DNA of 64,000 nt, from contig CAVOYR010000002.1 of assembly GCA_963700735.1 (NCBI GenBank), positions 34,460 through 98,459 of the forward strand, written 5' to 3'. Source of the DNA: an uncultured Alphaproteobacteria bacterium (lineage in GTDB: Bacteria; Pseudomonadota; Alphaproteobacteria; Rhizobiales; Aestuariivirgaceae). Numbering within the stretch: position 1 is the stretch's first letter; every line of letters starts with the position of its first letter. Made by a program: the position numbers and the translations under genes. Below, piece after piece: positions 45,951 to 54,845 of this stretch. The notes under the pieces are model-generated. The model worked only from the letters and a program-made list of their open reading frames with translations. It did not search any database and was not told the DNA's origin.

Positions 45951-47252
45951 GGACACCCGCAAAAACCTGTCTGGATTCTGGATTTTGTGATTCACTTGTC
46001 CTGTCGTGATTTGGAGGCAGGGCGATGGAACATCGGTCGTTTTTCGGACTTTCGGAACACCTTGAGCGGCTGAGTCAGAACGGCGATCCGCTGGAGGTTC
46101 TGGAGAAGACAGTGGATTTCGAACATTTCCGGGGCTGGCTTGTCGAAGGCCTTGGATATGGCGATGGCGCCAGGGGTGGTCGGCCTCCGTTCGACCCGGT
46201 TTCGATGTTCAAGGCATTGATCCTGCAGGCGCAGCACAATCTGAGCGACGCGAAGATGGAGTTCATGATCCGCGACCGGCTGTCCTGGATGCGGTTCCTG
46301 CGCCTTGATCTTGGCGGTCCGACGCCGGACGAGAACACCATCCGGCTGTTCCGCAACAAGCTCACCGAGACCGGCACGCTGAAGCGGGTGATGAAAGCCT
46401 TCGACTGGCAATTGCAGAAGAAGGGCTACATCCCGATGTCGGGCCAGATCGTTGATGCCTCCCTGGTGCCGGCGCCGAAGCAGCGCAACAGCGATGCCGA
46501 AAAGGCGGCGATCAAGGACGGAAAGGCAGCATCGGGGATCTGGCCGGACGAGCCGAACAAGGCGGCACAGAAGGACACTGACGCACGCTGGACGCTGAAG
46601 GTCGGCGGCAAGATCCGCTATCGGCCGGATGGAACACCCCTGCCGCAGATCGCCCTGCCGGTGTTCGGTTACAAGTCGCACATTGTGATCGACCGGCGGT
46701 TCGGGTTCATCCGGGCATGTGCTGTCACCTCGGCCTCGCATGCCGACGGTCGCATGTTACCGAAACTGGTGACGACAAAGAACACCTCGTCTGAGGTCTG
46801 GGCCGACAGCGCCTACCGGTCGCAGAAGAACGAGAAATGGCTGGCGTCGAAGATGCTGGTCAGCCGGATCCACCGCCGCAAGCCGGCAGGACGCCCGATG
46901 CCGAAGCACATCGCACGGGCCAATGCCGGCAAGTCATCGATCCGTGCGGCGGTCGAGCATGTCTTTGCGCACCAGAAGAACCGCTTCGGGTTGTTTATCC
47001 GCACCATTGGTCTTGCCCGCGCCGAGGCGAAGCTGATCCTGGCCAATATCGCCTACAACTTCGACCGCCTCATCTTCCATGAGCGGGCCTGCGCCACAGG
47101 ATGAGTCTGTCCGCAAGTGCGAAAATCGACGCTGAGAACACCCCAGGGCATCGCTTCCGGGGCCATAAACACCATCAAGACCGCAGAAAGGCATCAATCA
47201 ACCGAACTTGTGACGCCGCCGCGTCGAAAATCACCGGTTAATGCGGGTGTCC
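45951..47252 (+). mobile_element. IS5-family insertion sequence, 1302 bp
   Basis: Terminal IRs GGACACCCGCAAAAAC / GTTAATGCGGGTGTCC, flanked by AGCT on both sides (45947-50 and 47253-56). AGCT is palindromic, so the exact ends are slightly ambiguous. Confidence 0.9.
46025..47104 (+). CDS. IS5 family DDE transposase
   Basis: GGRPPFDP, PDENTI, IVDAS, FGYKSH, WADSAY, RAAVEHVF. Confidence 0.95.
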   Translation: MEHRSFFGLSEHLERLSQNGDPLEVLEKTVDFEHFRGWLVEGLGYGDGARGGRPPFDPVSMFKALILQAQHNLSDAKMEFMIRDRLSWMRFLRLDLGGPTPDENTIRLFRNKLTETGTLKRVMKAFDWQLQKKGYIPMSGQIVDASLVPAPKQRNSDAEKAAIKDGKAASGIWPDEPNKAAQKDTDARWTLKVGGKIRYRPDGTPLPQIALPVFGYKSHIVIDRRFGFIRACAVTSASHADGRMLPKLVTTKNTSSEVWADSAYRSQKNEKWLASKMLVSRIHRRKPAGRPMPKHIARANAGKSSIRAAVEHVFAHQKNRFGLFIRTIGLARAEAKLILANIAYNFDRLIFHERACATG

Positions 47253-47316
47253 AGCTAGCTCCTTATGAATCCCAATATAGCAAGTTGACCCAGGATAAAT
47301 TGTAATACAACCCCCC

Positions 47317-47345
47317 TTGACTCCTTCCCTAAATTCCTATACATA
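47317..47345 (+). promoter_or_regulatory. sigma70-type promoter of ncRNA copy 1
   Basis: TTGACT-N17-TACATA; same position and -35 as the promoter of copy 2. Confidence 0.6.
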
Positions 47346-47361
47346 TATTCCCATCTTCCCC

Positions 47362-47716
47362 GGCAGGAAGGATTGGCTAGCGTCCCAGTCCCGGGTGGAG
47401 GCATGTGCGCCTGTCGCGCGGCGGTGAAGTAACGCACACCACGCGGGAGAGGGGCGAAACCGGAATGTGCCGGTGCCACAGTTGGCACCAGCGGCAGCAG
47501 CCTGTCGTGCGGTGACGCGCGGCAGGGATAATGGGCTGTCGTGGGGGCGAAGACCGCTCAGGGCCCCAGGCCGTCCGGATAAGCAAAAACCGTACATGGC
47601 GGGCTGCTTCAGCAAGCGCCTACATTACTACAAAACACCGGTGCGACCTGAAGTGGCCCGTGGTTCCTGAACTTGTGCAAAACGCCGGTCCACAAGGATG
47701 CGCGGCCGTTTTCCTG
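47362..47716 (+). ncRNA. large structured non-coding RNA candidate of unrecognised family (copy 1)
   Basis: 5'/3' end pairing, several stable hairpins including a GNRA-capped 11-bp stem, an upstream promoter, no convincing ORF, and a second diverged copy at 63880-64000. Confidence 0.7.
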
Positions 47717-47938
47717 TGCCCCGGATTCATTCCGGGGCCCAGTCTGGATCCCGGCACAAGGCCGGGACACAAAAACTGCCAACTGCATTCAGTCACGCAC
47801 GTCTGCCCCCCACCCCAACCCTCCCCCGCCAACGGGAGAGGGAGCGCGTCGAGCCAGTCGCAACCATGGTCCGCAAGCGGGAGAGGGAGCGCGTCGAGCC
47901 ACTCGCAACCATGGTTCGCCAGCGGCAGGGGGAGCGCG
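47715..47938. repeat. REP elements plus a 45-bp tandem repeat (about 2.4 copies)
   Basis: REP at 47715-47770; CCCCCACCCCAACCCTCCCCCG..GGGAGAGGGAG palindrome; repeat units at 47833, 47878 and 47923. Confidence 0.8.
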
Positions 47939-48067
47939 CCGGACGCCGCCGCAGCCCCGCCCCCTTCACTGCCCCGTGCCCCTGTGCAACACTGGACGCT
48001 TGCGGGCTGGGGAGCCTCACGCACGCGGCAGCATCAGCGCCGCGCGCACCTGGAAGGAGAACGCCCC

Positions 48068-48271
48068 ATGACAGTCGCCCGCGTCACCGAGATCATCGCC
48101 TCGTCGCAGGACAGCTTCGAGGATGCCGTCCGCAAGGGCATCAAGCGCGCCTCGAAAACCCTCAAGAACGTCTCCGGCGCCTGGGTCAAGGACCAGCGCT
48201 GCACCGTCACCGACGGCAAGGTGTCGGAATACCGCGTCCTGCTGAAGGTGACGTTCGTGCTGGAGGACTGA
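48068..48271 (+). CDS. dodecin family protein
   Basis: AAGGAG RBS, VARVTEIIASS..SFEDAV..YRVLLKVTFVL. Confidence 0.92.
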   Translation: MTVARVTEIIASSQDSFEDAVRKGIKRASKTLKNVSGAWVKDQRCTVTDGKVSEYRVLLKVTFVLED

Positions 48272-48292
48272 GCCGGCAGCGGCGTCCACCTC

Positions 48293-48412
48293 TGTCATCC
48301 TCGGGCTTGTCCCGAGGATCCAGACTTCAGCGCCATGGACCCTCGGCACAAGGCCGAGGGTGACAACAGAAAGTAGTCTACTGCCGACTGCCGACTGCCG
48401 ACTGTCAACTGC
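48293..48412. repeat. REP doublet followed by ACTGCCG heptamer repeats
   Basis: TGTCATCCTCGGGCTTGTCCCGAGGATCCA..TGGACCCTCGG..CCGAGGGTGACA; then (ACTGCCG)3. Confidence 0.75.
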
Positions 48413-48413
48413 C

Positions 48414-49064
48414 TCAGCGAAGAAACGGATTACCCGCCCGCTCCGCACCGATGGTGCTGGCCGGGCCGTGCCCGCAGATGAAGGTGAAGTCGTCCGGCAG
48501 CGGCAGCAGCTTGGTCTTGATGGCATCGATCAGCGCGTCATGGTCGCCATACTCGAAGTCCGTGCGCCCGATCGAGCCCTGGAACAGCACGTCGCCCACG
48601 TGGCCGAACTTCAGCGCCTCGTTGAGGAACACCACCGAGCCCGGCGAGTGGCCGGGGCAGTGGCGAACGGCGAAGTCCACCTCGCCCACGCGAACCGTGT
48701 CGCCCTCGTCCAGCCAGCGGTCCGGCGTGCAGTTGCGCGCGGCAAAGCCGTACTGGCGGCCTTGGGTCTCCAGCGCGCCCAGCAGGAACGCGTCGGCCTG
48801 GTGCGGCCCGGTTACCGGCACCTTCAGGTGCTCGTTGAGTTCCGCCACGCCGCCGGCATGGTCGATGTGGCCGTGCGTCAGCCAGATGCCGGTGGGCCGC
48901 ATGCCGGTCTGCGCGATGGCATTGCGGATCTGGGCCACGTCGCCGCCGGGGTCGATGATGACGCCGTCATTGGTCTTTGTGCACCACAGCAGCGTGCAGT
49001 TCTGCTGGAACGGGGTGACGGGCACGATGCCCGCGCGGATCGGAAGGTCAGGTGTATCGCTCAT
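48414..49064 (-). CDS. MBL-fold hydrolase (YcbL/GloC-like)
   Basis: PVTPFQQNC, THGHIDHAGG, CPGHSPG, GDVLF.GSIGRTD, GHGP. Confidence 0.92.
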   Translation of the reverse strand: MSDTPDLPIRAGIVPVTPFQQNCTLLWCTKTNDGVIIDPGGDVAQIRNAIAQTGMRPTGIWLTHGHIDHAGGVAELNEHLKVPVTGPHQADAFLLGALETQGRQYGFAARNCTPDRWLDEGDTVRVGEVDFAVRHCPGHSPGSVVFLNEALKFGHVGDVLFQGSIGRTDFEYGDHDALIDAIKTKLLPLPDDFTFICGHGPASTIGAERAGNPFLR

Positions 49065-49263
49065 GGGCGAGGGTTTAATAAGGATCGGCGGACTTGGCAA
49101 TGTGGTTTCAGGCCTTGCTTTCCCCGGGCAAGGGCAACATGCCCGCGACCCGGGGACCCGGGGACCCATGCGGCGCATCAGTGGACCCTCGGGTCAAGCC
49201 CGAGGGAGGCGGATATGGCGGCAGTCACTTCCGCCACCACTCCCCACTCCCTATTCGCCCCTG

Positions 49264-49857
49264 CTACCGCCGCGCGCTCGCCCGGATCAGCGGGTGCTTC
49301 GACAGCTTGCGCGTCTCGCCCGCGTCGAACGCCGCGTGGCGCTTGTCGCAGGCCGCGTTGGAGACAGCGTAGATGCCGTCGAGCCGGGCGATCAGCGCCT
49401 CGCACGTCTTCGCCCGCGCCTTTGTCACCTGCGCTTCCGCCTTGCGCGCGCAGTCGAGCCAGATCTTGCGGTGCTGCGCCTCGTGCCACTTCACCCGGCT
49501 GGCGAAGCCGCGCCAGTGCTTCTGCAGCGTGGCACTCAACCGGCGTTCAGCGGCGTGGCGCGGCAGTTGCGTGACGAAGTCCAGCTGCACCTGGTGGCTC
49601 TTGACCCGGCAACTGCCCGGCGTGGACGCGAACTGCCAGCTGATCTTGCGCGTCATCTTGGTGCGCCCCACCCGGCCGTGCCCGCCGAGCAGCTGGGCGT
49701 TGCCCATCATCGAGCGCACGATGGCGCCCGCATCGGCCCCGTCCACCTGGTACATCTGCGTCGACACCGTCACCTTCGGCCGCGCCTCGCCCGGCAGCGC
49801 ACCGGCGGTGAGCAGCACGAGGCTCGCGGTCAGCAATGGCAGCAGGCGGTGTGTCAT
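49264..49857 (-). CDS. DUF922 family secreted Zn-dependent protease-like protein
   Basis: Signal peptide, YQVDG, WHEAQH (HEXXH), HAAFD. Confidence 0.78.
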   Translation of the reverse strand: MTHRLLPLLTASLVLLTAGALPGEARPKVTVSTQMYQVDGADAGAIVRSMMGNAQLLGGHGRVGRTKMTRKISWQFASTPGSCRVKSHQVQLDFVTQLPRHAAERRLSATLQKHWRGFASRVKWHEAQHRKIWLDCARKAEAQVTKARAKTCEALIARLDGIYAVSNAACDKRHAAFDAGETRKLSKHPLIRASARR

Positions 49858-49987
49858 GGCCAGCGAGATTACCGTCGCAGGCGCGTGCGCTCAACTAAAA
49901 CCGCGCCGTTGGTTTAACCGCTTAAAAATCACCGCCGTTGCGCTATCATGCCAGCCAGAATGCGCCGACCGTTTCAGGATGACTGCC

Positions 49988-50200
49988 ATGCGCCATACTG
50001 GCACCGTGAAATTCTTCAACGCCGCCAAGGGCTACGGCTTCATCACCCCCGATGACGGCTCGAAGGACGTGTTCGTGCACGTCACCGCCGTGCAGGCCGC
50101 CGGCATCCCCGAGCTGATCGAGGCGAGCAGGCTGTCCTACGAACTGCACGACGACCGGCGCGGGCGCGGCCAGCAGGCCTGCGAGTTGCAGTTGCTCTAG
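49988..50200 (+). CDS. cold-shock protein
   Basis: GTVKFFNAAKGYGFI..DVFVH (RNP1/RNP2). Confidence 0.93.
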   Translation: MRHTGTVKFFNAAKGYGFITPDDGSKDVFVHVTAVQAAGIPELIEASRLSYELHDDRRGRGQQACELQLL

Positions 50201-50233
50201 CGCCCGGGCCCCAAGGTGCGCTAGGCTGGTGTC

Positions 50234-50509
50234 ATGAAGCACCGGTTGAGCGCGCTGGGCGTCCTGGTTGTTGTCCTGTCCGCAGGCAGCATCACCGCCA
50301 CGGCCGACCCCAACTGCCGCTGCCGCCTGTACGGGGAGTATTTCGACATCGGCTCAGTCATGTGTATCCGCGGCAGCCTGGCGCGCTGCGAGATGAACCA
50401 GAACAACACATCCTGGAAGACCATCGGCGAGATCTGCCCGCAGGCGCGGCAGTTGTCGCCTGTGCCGCCAGACCCCCGCCTCGCCCACTCGGGAATGCCC
50501 GCCGAATGA
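50234..50509 (+). CDS. small secreted Cys-rich protein
   Basis: Signal peptide, CRC..C..ARCEMNQNNTSW..CP; ATGA overlap with the next gene. Confidence 0.7.
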   Translation: MKHRLSALGVLVVVLSAGSITATADPNCRCRLYGEYFDIGSVMCIRGSLARCEMNQNNTSWKTIGEICPQARQLSPVPPDPRLAHSGMPAE

Positions 50510-51234
50510 CCACCAGACATGCGCTGATTTTCCGCCACATGCGCGAGGATACCGCCGGGCTGTACCCTGCGCTCCTGCGCGAGCGTGGCTTCGACGTAAC
50601 CTTCCACGACTGGCAGGACGGTGAGGCCCCGTCCGCCGATACGCTGAAGCGGTCCGACATGCTGCTGGTGCTCGGTGGCGCGCAGCAGGTGTGGGAAGAG
50701 GACATCCACCCCTGGCTGGTGGACGAGAAGGCCATCATCGCCAACTGGGTCAACGCTCAGGCGAAACCCTATGTGGGCCTGTGCCTGGGCCACCAGTTGC
50801 TGGCGTCGTCGCTGGGTGGTGACGTGGGCCTGTCCGTGCACAAGGAAATCGGCCTGTGCGCGGTGGACTTCCGCCCCGAAACCGCGGATACGAAGCCGTT
50901 CCGGTCGTTCGAGGGCTCGACCCCTGTCACCCAGTGGCACGAGGCAGAGGTGTTGCGCGCGCCCGAGGGTGCCAGCGTGCTGGCCATGTCGGCAGCCTGC
51001 GGCATCCAGATGCTGGGCGTCGGCGACCATGCGTTCTCCACCCAGTTCCACCATGAGTGGGACGTGCCCACGGTCAATGGCTGGCTGCCGCAATGGCAGA
51101 CCGCGATGGACCAGGCCTCCGGCAAGCCTGGCACCTACCAGGGCTTCCGCCGCCAGATGGCCGAGAAGGAACCGCACCTGTCCAGCCTCAGCACCGGCCT
51201 GTTCGAAAGCTTCATGGACGCCCAGGGCTGGTAG
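50506..51234 (+). CDS. type 1 glutamine amidotransferase-like protein
   Basis: LGG, GLCLGHQL nucleophile elbow, QWH, QFHHE. Confidence 0.9.
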   Translation: MTTRHALIFRHMREDTAGLYPALLRERGFDVTFHDWQDGEAPSADTLKRSDMLLVLGGAQQVWEEDIHPWLVDEKAIIANWVNAQAKPYVGLCLGHQLLASSLGGDVGLSVHKEIGLCAVDFRPETADTKPFRSFEGSTPVTQWHEAEVLRAPEGASVLAMSAACGIQMLGVGDHAFSTQFHHEWDVPTVNGWLPQWQTAMDQASGKPGTYQGFRRQMAEKEPHLSSLSTGLFESFMDAQGW

Positions 51235-51250
51235 GCAGACCGCTGGTAAC

Positions 51251-53263
51251 TCAGCACCCGCCGAACAGTTTGCAGCGGGCCGCGTTGAGCGCCATGTCGG
51301 CCATCACCGCCTGGCCCTCGGCGGTCGGGTGGAAGTAGCCCGATATGCCGGCCTGGAAATGGTAGTCCACCGGCTGTTTGGGGTTGCGGGCCAGCTGCTC
51401 GATCCGGGTGACGTAGTACTGCATCAGGATCGAATCGTTGAAGGTTCGGAACCAGCGCTGGCGCGGCATGTAGGCCAGCATGTCACCCGGCGAAACCGGG
51501 TCCCACTGGCCGTTGATCAACCGGATCACGTTGAATGTGTCGGACTTGTTGCCGGCGGTGGCGCAGATGCCGTGGCCCTGGAACGCCCCCGACCACGACA
51601 ACGCATCGCTCCAGGTCCAGCCGGTGCGCGATACCGCCTGCTTCATCGCGTTGTTGAGATTCTTGTTGTCGAACAGCGCCGCGTTGAGCCGCCGGACCTG
51701 GTCATCGGTGGTACCGATGAAATACTCCGAATCCGCCCCGTCATTGATCAGCTTGGCAGGGCACACCGCCCCCGTCTCGGTACTGAGCGGGTCTGGATAT
51801 GGCCCGGTCAGCACCCGGCCGCGATCCGTCACGCCCAGCTTGTTCTCGATGGCGACCGCCAGCGACGCATAGCGGTTCGACAGCTTGCACTGCTCGCCCG
51901 CGCGATCATTGTCGCAATTGCCGAGATTGGTCTTGCCGCGCGCCCGCTCCAGCATCGTTTCCGGCTTCTCCGACCCCGACAGGAAGCGCACCGTGCCGGA
52001 CGACGCGCCCGCCACTGCCCACTTCACCACGTTGGCAAAGCCAAGGTCATTGCCACCGGCGGTCATCAGGACGAGGTCCGGCTTGGCCCGCCACTTGCTG
52101 CACCCTTTCAGCGGCTCCCTTGCCGTGGCTGCGCCTTCGTCGGCGCACAGGTCACGCAGGGCATGGTCAAGCTGCGCCCACGACGCCTGCGCCTGCACCA
52201 CCGCAGCGCCCTTGCGCACGCCCGCATCGCGCAGGCCCAACGAGGTGATCGGCTCGACATGGGCGCTGCCCGTATCGGTGGCAACCATGATGTCGGGAAT
52301 GCCTGCGCCCGAGCAGGCATAGCCGAGGAACGATACCACTGCATGCGGATTTTCCGCCGCCAGCTGCATGGCAATGCGCTGCTGGTGCGAATAGACCGAG
52401 CGGTGGCAGGCAGGGTCCAGCCAGGCAGGGCCGCTGGAGGGTTGCGGGCGAAGGCTGTCAGCCAGCGTCGAGCCCTTGGAGTAGTTGGCCGGGTAGTCCG
52501 GATTGCCCTCGCCCGAGGCATAGCTGTCCCCGAGCCCCACGACCACCCGGCTCTTCACTTCCTGGTAGACGGCAGTGACTTGCGTCATCACGCCGCCCGC
52601 ACTGGCGGGATCGAGCACCTGCGACAGCAGCGAGAACTGCGAGTTGACCGGCACGGTCAGCGTGGCCGCACCGGCGCAATCGGCCTCGGTCACGCGGCGC
52701 CAGTCGGTATCGCCCCCGGTGTGAACGAACCAGGCGCACTGCTTGCCGGCAAACATTGCCTGCCCCGCCCCCGACAACGCAGCCGAGATGCTGGCCTGGC
52801 GCGGAAACATCCGTGAGCCATTGTCGCCGTCGCTCTCGAGGCATTCCGAGCGCACCCGGCGCAAGCCGGAATCCCAGCAGGTGAACGGTTCCTTGGTGGC
52901 GGTATAGGCAAATGCCGCCCAGCCGTCATGACCACCCTTGATGGCCGCGCGCGCCAGCTCCCGCTCGGCGAACAGCACCGGCCCCACCCAGCTACCGTTG
53001 ATCTTCTTGCGGCCAAACTCGTCCACCGGCGCATCGACGGCGGCAAACGCCCGCGCAGCAAGCAGGTGCGGCTCGAACGTGGCGGGGTCGGAGAAGAACC
53101 GGAACCGGTCCTGCACCTGCCAGTTGATGCCGCCAATGGGCGAATCCTGCGCCTGCGCGCGCTCTGGCGCCAGCACGGCGGCTGCAACCGCACAGGCGGC
53201 TGAAAGTGCCAGAACACCGGCAATTCTTGCGACTCGGGTAAATCGGTTTGTCATGCGCGCCAC
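51251..53263 (-). CDS. secreted SGNH/GDSL hydrolase
   Basis: Signal peptide, GLGDSYASGEG, ACSGA, TAGGND, FHP. Confidence 0.85.
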   Translation of the reverse strand: MARMTNRFTRVARIAGVLALSAACAVAAAVLAPERAQAQDSPIGGINWQVQDRFRFFSDPATFEPHLLAARAFAAVDAPVDEFGRKKINGSWVGPVLFAERELARAAIKGGHDGWAAFAYTATKEPFTCWDSGLRRVRSECLESDGDNGSRMFPRQASISAALSGAGQAMFAGKQCAWFVHTGGDTDWRRVTEADCAGAATLTVPVNSQFSLLSQVLDPASAGGVMTQVTAVYQEVKSRVVVGLGDSYASGEGNPDYPANYSKGSTLADSLRPQPSSGPAWLDPACHRSVYSHQQRIAMQLAAENPHAVVSFLGYACSGAGIPDIMVATDTGSAHVEPITSLGLRDAGVRKGAAVVQAQASWAQLDHALRDLCADEGAATAREPLKGCSKWRAKPDLVLMTAGGNDLGFANVVKWAVAGASSGTVRFLSGSEKPETMLERARGKTNLGNCDNDRAGEQCKLSNRYASLAVAIENKLGVTDRGRVLTGPYPDPLSTETGAVCPAKLINDGADSEYFIGTTDDQVRRLNAALFDNKNLNNAMKQAVSRTGWTWSDALSWSGAFQGHGICATAGNKSDTFNVIRLINGQWDPVSPGDMLAYMPRQRWFRTFNDSILMQYYVTRIEQLARNPKQPVDYHFQAGISGYFHPTAEGQAVMADMALNAARCKLFGGC

Positions 53264-53348
53264 TGACCGGAAAATTATGGCGGCCTGATGGAGGTTGCAT
53301 TGCCACCGGGTGGCAATCTCTCGCGTGCCATCAAGTGCGATTGCGTGT

Positions 53349-53374
53349 GGAACTGCGAGCCTGTGAAATCCGTT
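53349..53374 (+). promoter_or_regulatory. EcfG/SigT-type promoter GGAAC-N17-CGTT
   Basis: Matches the alphaproteobacterial general-stress ECF consensus; about 40 nt before ATG 53413. Confidence 0.65.
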
Positions 53375-53412
53375 GTCCTTCCATAGACAACAAGATCAAC
53401 CAGGAGGCTACC

Positions 53413-53649
53413 ATGTTGCGCACCCGAACCCTGATTGCCGGGCTTCTGTCATTGCCGGTCAATGCCGTTCTCTTTGGCACCGCCATGGCCGTGGTCCTGT
53501 CCATACCGCAGGCGCAACCGCACCTGGAGTACATCATTCCAGCCGTGATCTTCGCGGCCCTGGTGCTGACGGTGCCCGTGTCGTGGACGCTGGCCCCGCG
53601 CCTGCGCGTGCGCAACGACTACTATCCCAACCTGTTCCGCAAGAATTGA
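53413..53649 (+). CDS. 78-aa two-TM hypothetical protein
   Basis: AGGAGG RBS; two hydrophobic helices; ends SWTLAPRLR... Confidence 0.75.
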   Translation: MLRTRTLIAGLLSLPVNAVLFGTAMAVVLSIPQAQPHLEYIIPAVIFAALVLTVPVSWTLAPRLRVRNDYYPNLFRKN

Positions 53650-53660
53650 CGCGGGCTGAG

Positions 53661-53685
53661 GGAACCAATTGTCCGCCCGGCCGTT
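53661..53685 (+). promoter_or_regulatory. EcfG/SigT-type promoter GGAAC-N16-CGTT
   Basis: Consensus match with no downstream CDS; precedes two C-rich-loop hairpins. Confidence 0.65.
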
Positions 53686-53692
53686 TGAACTT

Positions 53693-53790
53693 TCAGATCA
53701 AGGCGAGTGCATGTATCTCCCGCCGCCCGCATGCCTCGCCAACTACGCCGCCCCTGTTGCTTCCCTCGGCGACAGGGGCGGTGCTGTTTC
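53693..53790 (+). ncRNA. general-stress sRNA candidate
   Basis: Hairpin GGCGAG-T-GCATG/CATGC-CTCGCC with loop TATCTCCCGCCGCCCG; hairpin CCGCCCCTGTTGC/GCGACAGGGGCGG with loop TTCCCTCG. Confidence 0.55.
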
Positions 53791-54071
53791 TGGTGGAGAT
53801 CCGGTGAACCATCGCACGGCTTCAAACCAACGGCCGCTCTGCGGACGAAGCTGACTTTGGCGCCACTTCGCACAGACGACCACTGAGTCCAGGAAGCGTT
53901 TGCCGCGCATCCAACCCCGAGAATGCCACATGACGCAAAACTAAACTTGGTATTCTCTGGCCTGGCGAAGCTAATCGACCCATCCACCGAATTCTTCGCG
54001 CTCAGCGTTTATGGCGATCACTTCACAGACGTTGCGCGCCAAATTAACAGGTCGTGTTCGGTCCGAGCGGT

Positions 54072-54845
54072 TCAGTAGTTATACCAACTTTCATACTCTC
54101 GGGAGGTAGCCGCCGAACGCGCACCCTTGCCCAGGTTGCAGCTAGAGCAGGTCAATTGAAGGTTCGTTACGCAGTTCATGCCTCCATGTGCTAAAGGCAC
54201 GATATGGTCGTAGTGGATCTGCGACTGCTGGCTGAAAAGTTTGGTGAGGTCAGTCCTACAAAGCACGCACCGACCCTTGTCTCTATGAAATACGGCGCTC
54301 TCTGCCCAGGTCGGGATTGAAGTTCTTAACAAAAAGCCGGCTTCGTTGAATGCTGCTGGCGCGTACAATGGAGCCGTGTCCAAGACGTAGCCGCCCACCA
54401 TATGCCCAAAGGCCGACATCGTCCCGCGGTTTGAGAACAAGACGTGAAAGACCTGCTTCGAAATAGTCTCACACAACTCGGTTAGTAGGTCTTCTTGCTG
54501 GAGAGCGTCCAGATACTCGTATCCGTCCTCTCGGCCAAATTGCGAGGAGTTCACCGATGAGTGGCCAATGCCGTTTGAACGGAGCAGGTAATCGACCCAG
54601 TATTTGCCTGGACTTCCCTCTGATCTTGCGGCGTCCTCAAATATGACGCTTGAAATGAGCGTTTCTATAAAGTCGTGGAAACAGGTCCACTTGGGATATT
54701 TTCGCACAAGATCGCATGACGACATGTCGCCGAATATGTCTTCGATTTTCCGAAGATATGCACCGGGGTTCCGCGTGACGCCGTCAACCATCTGGCAAAT
54801 GTAGTAAAGATCGGTAGTCGACACCAATTGGAGCTGTGAAATCAA
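54072..54845 (-). CDS. HNH endonuclease with uncharacterised N-terminal domain (lower GC)
   Basis: VFHRDKGRCVLC..HYDHIVPLAHGG.N..NLQLTCSSCNLGKG; TTG start at 54845 chosen from a GGAGG RBS. Confidence 0.85.
   Translation of the reverse strand: MISQLQLVSTTDLYYICQMVDGVTRNPGAYLRKIEDIFGDMSSCDLVRKYPKWTCFHDFIETLISSVIFEDAARSEGSPGKYWVDYLLRSNGIGHSSVNSSQFGREDGYEYLDALQQEDLLTELCETISKQVFHVLFSNRGTMSAFGHMVGGYVLDTAPLYAPAAFNEAGFLLRTSIPTWAESAVFHRDKGRCVLCRTDLTKLFSQQSQIHYDHIVPLAHGGMNCVTNLQLTCSSCNLGKGARSAATSREYESWYNY

Noticed and set aside
47337-47615. Short minus-strand ORFs over the ncRNA copies (also 63651-63995)
   Set aside because: Shared peptide words (RDWDASQSFLPG) only reflect nucleotide identity; starts, lengths and flanking residues differ, and the promoters point the other way.
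47405-47660. Canonical group II intron or retron
   Set aside because: Too short, no convincing AGC/CGC-triad domain V with GNRA loop, and no reverse transcriptase in the window. Kept only as a weak hint.
47362-47716. RNase P RNA
   Set aside because: Size, end pairing and GTGCCACAG are reminiscent, but the GAGGAAAGTCC and ACAGAACCCGGCTTA-type core motifs are absent, and rnpB is normally single-copy.
49914-49926. CtrA box upstream of the cold-shock gene
   Set aside because: TTAA-N4-TTAA has the wrong spacing.
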